Shown here in pieces: positions 41,801-53,800 of a DNA stretch of 64,000 nucleotides. The DNA comes from Adineta vaga (Eukaryota > Animalia > Rotifera). The stretch covers positions 11,098,001 through 11,162,000 of the forward strand of contig CP075495.1 of assembly GCA_021613535.1 (NCBI GenBank), in the 5' to 3' direction. The position numbers were made by a program, and so were the translations under genes. The number at the start of each line of letters is the position of its first letter. Positions within the stretch are counted from its first letter, which is position 1. Under the pieces are notes generated by a model. It was not told where the DNA came from. It was given only the letters and a program-made list of their open reading frames with translations, and did no database searches.

Positions 41801-44800
41801 CTTCTTCTTCTTTTTCTTCTTCTTCGTTTGAGCAGAGAAGTGGAATAAGAGAACAACAACTCGAATGAGTCGGCAACTAGATTGAAAGAAAGAAAATCTA
41901 TGAGGAAAACAATGAGAGAAAGAAAAAGGGAAGAAGAGAAGAAGCGACAGCAGTCGGATAAATTTTTCTTCTTAGAAGAAAAGCAGGTTTCATTTTCATC
42001 TAGCTCTCATTTGCGTGAACAGAAATCATAATACAGCAAATGGTTATGTGCCTTGTTTGCATCAAAAGAAAAATAAAGCAGGAGATGACAATTATTATAG
42101 AGTTATTTACAGAATACTTTTCATCATTCCGACTCGCTCAGTCGACGAAGCATGCGACTTTTAATCTCAATATTGTATATTCGAGTTCGACGTTCGACGT
42201 TTGTTTTTCCAATAATTTGTTTTCAACGTTTGTTATTCACACACACACACACATACACACACATTAATAACAGTCTTCATACTTCTATTCTTCCCTACTA
42301 CTTTACTTATGACTCTCTTCAAGGGTTTTGTTTTTTTTGCGCTTCTGCCCATTTCTTTCCATTATACTCAGTTCGTTTTTCTGTTTTTCTTTTTTTTCTT
42401 TTGTAAAGATTATAACAAATCATGTTCTGTTTGTATGTGTCTTTAGTATAATAGATTGCAAGCAGTGAGATTTTTACGGCGCATATACGTATCCAAAAAA
42501 AAGAAGAAAACATGTGAATGACTAATGACTTCGATAAAAAGACAAAAAAAAATTTCAAATGAAGAATATATATATATATATTTCTTTTTTTTTGAAAAAA
42601 AAGAAGAAAAGTAACAAAGAAATGGCGCTTTCCGTTTTCTTCTTCTTTTTCTTCGTCTTCATTTTCTCTTTTTTTTTCTTATTTTTCTTCTTATTCTTGT
42701 GTCAACGAACAAATAAAGTGATAAAAGGATAATCTCAATACAACTTAAAATTCAATAAGGAAGAGAAATAGGAAAAGAGCAGGATGAAGAAATAATACCT
42801 TTTCAACCAGGAAACATAGGATGTTCGTTGACGATCAAAAGCAAGTTCATTTTGACAAGGTAAACAAGTTGCTAATGTAACTAAACGTCGACGAGCATCC
42901 AACGTTGTATTACTTCGTGCTCGCATATTTCTTTTAACTTATCTGATGTTTCTGTTGCGATTAGTAGTTCTATTCTGCATACTCATTTGTTTGCTTCTTT
43001 TGTTGTTACTGGCTGTTGTGGATGAATTGAGTAGGAGGGAGGACAAGGGAGACACCGATGAAGAGTGAATAGAATTGAGAGTGAGCGTGAGATGGGAACA
43101 CAAGATAAGAAACAAATGTGTGCAAGGCGCAGTTCTGTCAAAAAACGTAAATGAAACAAACTCTAATTTCAATGCAAGAGCATAACTCTAGTACCGGACG
43201 TGTAAACAAAAAGAATAGCTGTAAAACAAAAGAAAACAAAAAAAGAACAAGAACAAACGGAGAAAGATAACTTGTAAATAGGTTTACGATTCATCTAGTA
43301 TGTAAATGAGAATCACGAAAGAACGAAAAAATATCTATCTATCTATCTATCTATCTATCTGTCTATACGTATATATATATATATATTATATTAGATAAAT
43401 ATTCAACTATTTTAATTACATAAATAAATATATATATTAACCTTACTTGGTCGATAGTTTTGAACCGAGTCTAAGAATTGGTTTTTTAATGGCGCTCTTG
43501 ACACGCTCCATGATACTTGTTCCCTTTTTTTATTGATCACTCACTCACATTCACATTCACACTCACACTCACTCACTCACTCACTCTCTCTCATTCATCG
43601 ATAACGCGGCATATGTTCGGTTGAGAGTGGGTAGCCGACAGAGAGTCAGACATATAAACGCGTGCCCCACCACTACCAGGGGTATAGTTGGCAACGGGAG
43701 AGAGAGAGAGAACGATCGCGAAAAGAAAAAGAGAAAAAGAGAAAACAAAAAATGAGGGCGCAGAAGAAAGGAAGGCGATACTCTTTCTTTTTTCTCTTCC
43801 TTCCTTCCTTTATTTATCGATTTAAAGTGTTCTAACTACTTACAATTCAGATCCAATGGACGGATTGCGCGAAATACATTTCGGTGAAAGATCATTGTCA
43901 CTGTCACATTTATACAGAAATGATTCGCGTCGATGCATTCCACTACTATTTGTTGTGCCGGTGGCCATTTTAGTTGTTGTATTGGCTGTACCAGGTTGTT
44001 GATTTTGTGTTGAGGTTGATATGACATTGTGATGAGAATTAGGAATACCACGTGGCGATGTTGATGAACCATCCACATCAAAACTAAAAATAGATAAGAA
44101 AAAAATCCATTAATTTAGTAAATCCTATTTAAAATAAATTATTAATTCAAAAACAAATAACATTATGATATCTCACTTGTATTACTCAACTGATTTTTGG
44201 GCATTATTTTCAAGTATTCATAAGATGATCATAGATAGATGTATATATATGTATAAAAATGTCACTTCAATGTGATCGAGAAATGAATCAGTATAGTAAT
44301 AGAAGAAAACAAAACCTTAACGATGACGATGAAGAAGAAGCAAAAAGAAAAAAAGGAGGATGCACGATAGAGAGAGAGAGAAAAAGAAATATATATATAT
44401 ATTTATGTTAAGTCACGCATCATTTGTTATTTTCTTACAGATTAACTAAGTAGTCGAATCACCACAGTTCGATTTCGTTGAGCAGTGTATATTTGATTTA
44501 TTCTTTCTTTTTTTATTCGATATTAATCTTAAATCATTATATGAAATAATTCACATTGACAGATCTGATTGCATCGAATGATTTAATCGTTAGTCTTAAG
44601 TTTAATTTCCGTTTTCTTCTCGATGAGAATAAATAATCTATTTCTTTCGAGATGAATTCTTGTCTTAATGTAAATACTATGTTGTTAGATAATCAATCTT
44701 AGGAAAAAGAAAATTTCCTCATCAAATACTTTTATCTTCTAGTGACAAAATCGGAATGATCCTAGTATATATTTCTTTGTTTGAGAAACGGTTTTCAGCT

Positions 44801-47800
44801 TCTAGATAAACAAATCTTCGTCATATGTAAAACTCTTTCTAGGAAATGAGAGAATACATCATTCAAATAAAATTATTTTCCTTCAGGGGATCTTCTGATT
44901 ATTATCCTATATATTCATCGTATTAGTAACATACATTCTTGTTTTATAATAATTGAACTAATCTAAGATATGTTCATGCACGAAAAAACCTTAAAAGCAC
45001 ACTATAAATATGACGCTTACTTGCAATCCGTATGATGAATTCGTAGACTTCGTTGTAAACGAGGTCTCACATCGTATGAGTAACTTCTGGTATTATTCTT
45101 CATTAATAAACGATTACGATAATGAAATTTTCAACCAAATCAAATTTATGTATAAACTGATTTATGACAGATGGTATGTGTATATTTATGTATCGATGGA
45201 TGGATTTTGTCAAAACTAATTTCTTCTCAAATGAATATTTTATTTGGCAGGTAGACAAGTAACGAAAGAGTCAACGACATTTCTTACACGTTAATAAAAT
45301 ATTTTTTCTGGTTTGTGTAAAAACAAGTTAGAAAATATTGTATTTCATTCACTTGAGTTTTACTTGAACAAAACAAAAAAAAATTTGGTTTTATAACGTG
45401 TTGAAATATGCGTTATTAGAGCATGGAAATGTTGTTGCTAGATTCTTTTTTCGTTAGTTGTCTAACTAAGTTATTCTATTTTGTTTTGACACTTGCTATA
45501 GAGAGTAACTAGCTACATTAAGCAGAAATCAATAAGAAAACGACTCTTTATACAATCGAGATAAAGAGAGAGAGAAAGAGAGAGATTAGGGAGCAATTCT
45601 GATAACAAGATCTGATAAAAATTCTCCGATTGGTTGTTGACTGAAATACACGTCAGGAAAATATTTTGCGTATATATACAAACACATATATGTATATGTA
45701 TGTCTATACGAGAAAAATCGATAACTGGCTAGTAGTCATGGTGTGTTATATGATAGGAAGTCATCGATCATTGTGATAGCACGTCAAGCAAATATTGACA
45801 TGGAGGAAAATTTATAAAACGGAAAATAACGAACCGACCTTGCTCCATCATCAGTTTCTCCTCCTTTGTTATGAACCGAATGACGCAGACTACGACGAAA
45901 TGTAAATCTTCGACGTAAACGTGGTGCTGGTTCTAATGAAGAATTCGATGCATCCATTGTTAATTGTTGTTGATTGGGAGGAGATTGTGGATTTGAGTGA
46001 AGAGTAGATGAAGATGTTTCACTGAACCTCTCAAAAAATGTTTTATTACGTTTTGATGATCTTCGATTTAGTGGCGGTGTTTTAGGTGATGATGTTACAC
46101 TTGGTAAAGTAATACGTGGTGTTGATGTTAGTGTTATTGGTTTTGTTAATCTTGAAATTAGTTGAGTTGTTGGAATAGTTGGAGTAATTGTAGTTGTCAG
46201 TGTTGCTGTCGTTGATGTTGTTACCGATGTTGATAACGGTAATGCGGGTGATGAAGCAAAATAGACGGTAAGAGTCGTCATCAAGGAAGGATAATGACAA
46301 TGATAATACTGATGTTGAAGTGACGAGAGTAAGCCCGGAAATCAGTGTAAAATACTGCTGACGAACGAACGAGAGCAAGAATAACAATAAATCGAGATTC
46401 TCTAGTTTTTCTTCTCTTCAGTCACCCGAACGAATGACAAAGGGTGAGAAAGAAAAGAGACTGAGATAGTTAGAATATTAAAGAGAAAGAGAGAGAGAGA
46501 GAGAGAGGGAAACAAGCACACGCATTCAGAGACAGAAAGACAGAGACATAATACATACAACGGTGCTGGTATTTTAATAGTAAATGTAGGCGATAACGGT
46601 CTTTCCGTTCGGTTCGCCTGCACGCAAACAACTAACAAACTCCAGCTTCGAACAATTCCAAATAGGTCGCAAGTATAAGAACATGAGAGCATCAAGAGAG
46701 ACAAAACTTCACATTGACGAAAGCAATTTTTCTGATGGATTCTATTGCTTCGCGTCACTGCGCTTGTGTGATTCCACACACAAATACAAATACACATCTA
46801 ACTTCCAATTAATGAATTCTCTTTTTACGATCAAACAAAATGCAACTATTCGAATTAGAACAATACTATTTCTTTCTTCATTTATTTATTTATAAACTCC
46901 ATCAATTCAATTTAGTGTCAAACAAAGAACTATTTTCTCCTTTCTTTTAAAGTTATTTTTTGTCAACCTCATGTTGAAACATCTTTTATTGAAGATTTAC
47001 ATGTTCTTTTTCTTATTTTCTCTCTCTCTCTTGAGATATATACTTATATACATGTATCTTTGCTTAGGGAATGTGAATGGGCAGAAAAAATACTAATGAC
47101 AAGTTTTCTTTATTATTTTCTCAGAAGCAAACTTCCTCACTATGCTTCACTTATTTTAGTCAGGGCAGAGATGCATCTCACAATACTAGTATTAAATAAC
47201 AACTATTTTACCTTACCAATAAAATTATTACCTAGAGCTAAGATAAGATTTACTTAATCTTATCTTTTTCTTTTATTTCTTTCTATCTTTCTTATTTCAT
47301 AGAAATCTAATCCTGTTTAGAGAGGAAAAAAAGACTAAAATAAGATTAGTTTTAAAGTGATAGAAGTTGATGAGATCTTTTATTTATACGAAAGAAGAAA
47401 GAAAAGAAAAATAATAAATTTATAAATTTCAGAAGAACTAATTTCTTTCTTTTTCTTTTTCCCCTTGTCTTTTTTTTGTTTCTTTCGGCTATAATCATAT
47501 TTCGAACTAACTCTTCTACTATGTGCAACTGGTAGATGTCGATTAAGAATAGAGAAGAATCGTTTCCGAGAACTCTTTACATGATTTGTTTTGAAAAGAA
47601 GTACTTCGATTGATGGGGAAAAAAACGAAATTAGTGATAAATATCTCTTTGTTTTGTCATTCTAGAATTTCAATTAACATCCAATGTCAAAAAAAAACAT
47701 CAAATATGAGAAGCATGTACATATAAAGAAAAACATTAATACTAGTAAATGTATTTGTATATGTTATGTTGTCTGTTCTATCTTAGAACGAAAAAGAATT

Positions 47801-50800
47801 AATAATTTCCTGACGATCTTAACTAATTCTAATATTCTTCTTTTTTTTCTTTCTTTTCTTCTTTTCTTTTTGAGGTGCGTAATTATTGTTATTAGAATAA
47901 CATGTATACATGTATGACTAGATGTACATGTACATATATGTTGATATGTACCGATAATCTTATCTGAGATAACTGAACTTGTTCGTATGCATATCGAAGA
48001 AGCAGTCAAAATTAGCTTTTCTCTCATTGTTTTTTTTCATTGACAAAAAAAATCTTAATATATACCATGAAAGTGACATTCACTTCTTTTTTCTTGGTTA
48101 AGAATTTTATTTCTTCAAGCGCAATAAACGTTTTTCAGACAGCATACACGCGAGCTGTCAACTTTTTTTTCTGGTGTTATTGTTACTGATGAAGAGTCGA
48201 GAGATGAAAAGAATGAAAAGAACTGTTGTGTCTGTGCTTTTTATAATGAAAAAAAAAAACGAAGAAATACTTATTCGTTAGATTTCTTTTTTTTCAGTGT
48301 CAATAGAAACACAAAATCTATGAATAATAAGAGAGAAAATTTATCGATGCGTATGATATGACTTTGCAAGCAGTTAGGTAGAAAAATTCAAGGTAAACTA
48401 ATTCGTGGTATCAAGGGGTTTGCTTTACCTGATCTTGTTTTTGACTGTCTTAATCCTATTGTGATTTGTGTTCGAAGTGATTGGTCGTCTTAAGATTATT
48501 TGTCCGAGACGAATGAGTAAAGGTGGTGTTTGAGAAGAATGAATAGGATCTGTAATAGTAGTATCGTCTCTTGCTGAACTTCGTCGACGATTATGATTTG
48601 ATGAAACACATGAGACACAAGCCGATGCCATTCCACCACGTTGCTGACGTTTTTTCGTCGAGTTTATTAGTTTTGTTGTTGTTGTTGTTGTTGTTGCTGT
48701 TGTTGCTGTTGAAGATGATGTTATTGTCGTTTTTGGATTTGTCTTTTGATGATTTTGAATCAATGTCGATGGAAGAGGACGTGAAGAAATACTCGGTGTC
48801 GAACTTTTCCGACGCTGATGACCAGTCGTAGAAATCTGTTCGACTGGTGGGATTTGAGATGAATGTTTTTTTCTGCCGCAACATCGAAATGGGAAAGAAC
48901 GAGGTATTGACGATGAAACTGACGGACGAGATGATGGAATTGATGTTGATGTCAGTTGTTTTTCTCGTTCAGCAAGGAATGGTCGAATTGTTGCGGCTAA
49001 GAGTTCCGACGATGATGACGATCGGGTGATCGAAATGACCGGCGGTGGAGGACTATTGGTGACACTCGTGATTGACTTCTATGCGAATGATGACGAGGAC
49101 AACGACAACGATGAAGAACCGAGAATCGGCATACACGCGAGCGACGACGAGAACAACGTTGCTGGTTGTTGTCGAGCCACACACACACACGCGGGCGAGC
49201 GCGTTTCTCTCTCTCTCTCTTACTCTTAGTCGCTATTGAAGCTACTGCATGCTGATGATGATGCGAGAAAGGAGAGCAATGACGATGTTCCTGGTGGCCG
49301 TGGCACCCAGCGCAACATTACTACACAATACGGAACAAGAAACAGAACGGACGAATACGACAACACGAACGAAAGAACGACCGCCTTTTTTCCCTCTATT
49401 TTCTTCTCTATTTTCTTTCTTCTTCTTTTTTTCTTCTCCATTTTTTTTGCGTTGTAGCATATGAATGAAGTGGCGGTGTTGGTAGTAAAGAAAGATATAT
49501 GCATGCATGTGTGTATAGCGGTGAGGACAAACGAACGAACATCGACGACATTCTTTGCGTTCTCGCTTTTGCATCTTACTATTGCAACAGTTCTCATCAA
49601 TGCTATTTTAACAGCAACAACTATCGAACCGATAACGACAAGGCAAAGACAGCAATATATCAGTGATGTCGTCATCATTTTGGTTTGAGCAAGTCAGAAA
49701 AGCATACGAACGAGCGAACTAGACAAGAAGAATCTTCTTGCATCGCTTTCCTCAAGGACGTCGTTCTTTTCATAATACAACATACAAACACACACAAACG
49801 AGAGTGTCAATCAGTGTGTTGCATTATGTCTATAACGAAAACAAGTCGCGTTCTTCTGCTCTCTATCCATCAACACCACGAGCAGTAAGAAACAATGAAA
49901 TAGAAAAGAATATCTAGGACAAGAAACAAAAAAGTCCAAAATGATATTATCACCTGGTATTCTCGAAGCACATCGTTTTTCTTATTTTTCTAACATAAGA
50001 TGACAATCATTTGATTAACGTGACGTATATGATTACTTATTTCAAACAAACAAACAAATCATTTGAATTATGACTTTTTTTCTTTATTTATTCATCTATG
50101 AATATCACTCTATAATCATTAATATAACGAAAGAAATTATATCTTCATGAAAATAGAACGTTTAATGTTTATGAGAAAGTTGACTAAAAGGCAAACGTTC
50201 TCTTGTAAACAAAATTTTACTTGAAGCATTTTCAAGTAGGAGAAAATGAATGACATTACAGAAAGACAGAAAGAAAAAGAAAGACTTTCTTCTCTGTTCA
50301 ACATCGTTAAGTCAATAGATGAAAAAACAACCTAATAGTTACCATTATTTTTTCTCTCGATTTCAATTGAAATATACTTATCAACATATCTCGATTTGAT
50401 CGAATTAAAAAAGAAAAGAAAGAAAACAAAACAAACCTCGATATTCTCATTTGTATGGTAAAAGAAAACTGATGTTTGATTTACAACGAAACGACGTTTA
50501 CTTACGAAAATATTTTTATCAATTAGAAAGAAAAATGACTTTTAATAACATGTGTTCCAAGATATTCTTCTGACCTTTGTCGACATTAGATCAAATCAAA
50601 AGGGGAATTTGTTATTTCATTTTCATTTAGTTTCATCAATGATAAATCACGTTTAGAAAATGAAAATAATATAAAAGTCAATATGTAATTTTTAATCAAA
50701 CATTCTTAATTACTATGCTTTCAATAAATTAACCTGCATCTCGTTCTTTTTCTCAATTCAGAATGGAAAAAAACAAACATATTTTCTTAGTTTTCATGAC

Positions 50801-53800
50801 AATTCTGAGCTAATGCTCGTTTACATTTCTTTTTCTCAAAAACAAACACAAACTGATATGTCAAATTACATGGCAAAATGTAATACATTATTATGAAAGA
50901 AAATATGAATAGATTTTCGATTCTATACAGAATGAATATGTCCGGAATATATCACATTCTCATAATATAGAGAAAAAAACATATTTTAATGAAGTTCACT
51001 TAATCATTTACGAATAAAAAGCTATTCAATTGTATGTATGTTTCATTGTACTTGATAAATCATAAACTAATAGTACTGTTAAAATGAATAATAGAGAACA
51101 AAAGATATTTTCAAGACTAAACATTGTCGAAGGGTAAAGGAAATTTTTGAATAAAATACTCTAGAATTTGCTCACTTAACACGTTTGCCACTTAATGTCG
51201 GTCCAATGGAATGACGTCGCTCAGATAAAGGTAGAGAAAGAAATCGTCGATAAAAATCCATTATTAATAGATCAAGTTAAAAATGTATTTGATAGGAGAA
51301 GAGAAAAACCAACAATTGAACGTTTTTTGTGTCTTCAGTATCGTTAAAAACATAAGCATTTATATTTATATATGAATGCCGGGAGCCAATGATGGAAGAG
51401 AAAATTGTAATGAGACACGAATGAAAGCACACATGCAAAAGGTAGTCACAGTCTATTTTCTCTTCAATCCTAGTATTTATCAGTTTTGTCTTATTCTGCC
51501 TGTTTCTGTCTTTCTTTCTCTGCTCATACTCGTTTTTTCTTTCTTTCTCCGTTTTTCTTCTAATTTTCCTTCGTCTTCAGTTCTTTATAAAAGTCAAACG
51601 CATGACTATGCACCTGCTGTTGCACATCATTAATAACAAATTCTCACCTTCGAAGATAGTTTGTATTGCTAGCAATAGTTAAAGATGATGTCGCAATATT
51701 AGCTCTTCGAGATGGATGTAATATAACATTTCCCCATGAATGACGACGTTCAGGATTAAACGATGGAACAATAAGATAATTACGTCTTGTCGATGGTGTC
51801 GATGAAGACGTTTCTTGATCAATCTTAGCATCTAATGACATGATGATTGACTGTTTGTTTTTTTCTTTTGTCTAGAGACGAATTGAATCACGAAACATCG
51901 AAAAATATAATCAAACACGTACAACTTCACAGACATATATACATCACACACATACTGTTGCCTTTTTTCAAAACCAGCTGCATTTTTGTGTGTCTTGTGA
52001 ATATAAAATAGAATCGTCGTGTGGATCGCTTTTAAAGACTAGGGTGGGTAGGAGAGTAAAAGAGAGAACAAAAGCAGAGTTCGTTTCGTTAGCAAGACGC
52101 GAAAAGAATACTCAGCGAGCAGTAGACAAAGAGAGAAAGAACAGCTTGCTGACGGCGTTAGTCGAGCAAACGGATGTTATTAATTTATATGGGCGAGGGA
52201 CGGTTCTATACTGATGTTCTTCATCTCTTACAATACCGTAGTATATTCGATGACAATGTTATGTCATGAAAGAAGGAAAAAAAGGCAAGTGAAAGATGAG
52301 TTAATGGAAATTTCATCACACCTGTCGACGAACATTGCCTCTAATGTCGATTATCTTAGTACGAGAACTCGTTGTTTAGTAATAAATATCGATGTTATTT
52401 GAATAAAATATACATAAATTGTACGATTCAGAACAACGAATAAGAAATCGAAACGTTATTAGATATATAGAAGTTCAATAATATAATTATGATCGAAAAT
52501 AAATCGCTTGAATTATTTATGATCGAAAGATATATTTATGTGTGTATACTATAATCAAATTTGTCTGCTAACACCTCTTTTGTGTATATACAAATATCTT
52601 CTATTTTTGCATGTGAGAATCTGTCTCCTATTTTTCTCAATTTGTTTTGTCATTGACCTACTCCTTATTCTCGTTCTCTTGCCATATGTGCAATTTTTCC
52701 AGTGAAACAAGTGTGATTATTATCTTCTATATATATATCTCTATCATTCATATGTCGTTGAAGCTATATGTCAAGCGATGATAGATCTCAATAACACCCA
52801 TTCTTACAACAAACAAAAAAAGAAAATTTCACTGAATTAGCTCATATTAATTTCTTCTATATTCCTTCAACACTCAACAATCTCAATCGTCATATTAATA
52901 GTAATAATAATAATAATGAATAAATCTGATTTAATATCATGCTCTTTATTTTATCTTCAATAAAATGCAGACAAGATTAATATTTGCCTTCTACTATTTT
53001 TTTCTCTAAAAAGTAATTCCGTTTTTTTAATATTTCACATGTTATCAGTACATTACAAAGAAAGCGAAGGAGACAGACAGAGAGAGCGAGAGAGAAACAG
53101 AGAGAGAGAGAGACGGATAGTAATATAAATGCGACCCATTATAGAACATGAGAAAGAAAACAAAAAGAGATTTTCTAGCTACTACACCAATCACAATTTC
53201 CGATTTCTAGGTAAAACTAATGCATGTTTTTGTTAACGAGACACTTTCAATTTATTCATAATAGTTCATTCTTTATATACATTCAAATATATATAATTTT
53301 ATAACAAGATTTTTGAGTTAAAATTAATAGTCAGTAAGAATAGAATATTTCTTTACCTGGTTGATAAAAATAGACACTTATACGTAGATGAAATAGCAAA
53401 GAATTACGAAGTTTATTAAATAATAAATTCGTAATCATATGAAATACGAGGTTTGTATACCATTAAAATATAATTTAATCACACGAAACTACGCTTACGG
53501 GTATGCCCATATTAGATTTTCTGTTCATCCATCTGTTTTTATTTTTATGTGATAGACAAATTGTATTATGTCCACTTCAAATGCTTAGATAAATACTGGG
53601 TATGTTTTTTTTCCTATGCATCAGCGGAAGTACATAGAAATATCACGGAAAACGATCTTATTATTTATCTGAGCTAGAATAAAATGAAAATCAAATACCT
53701 TCGCGCTCGAAATCCAGCATGAGCCAGACGTCGTCGACTAGCTGCAGCAGCCATTTACTTGTCTTTATCTTCGTCGGAATATTGAATGTTCATTATATAG

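Noticed and set aside
48591-48884. 97-aa alternative-frame ORF with a poly-Asn run
   Set aside because: It overlaps the longer PDE4 exon frame and has no usable splice phase; it is a by-product of an (ACA)n repeat.
49079-49132. Apparent in-frame TAG readthrough (MPILGSS...FA*KSITS...)
   Set aside because: The TAG is better explained as a splice acceptor with a pyrimidine tract and a phase-matched upstream donor at 49579.
53357-53438. ATG-initiated stretch ending CAG|gtaaag inside the PDE4 locus (similar case at 44204-44177)
   Set aside because: Phase 1, incompatible with the phase-2 UCR1 acceptor; at most a non-coding exon.
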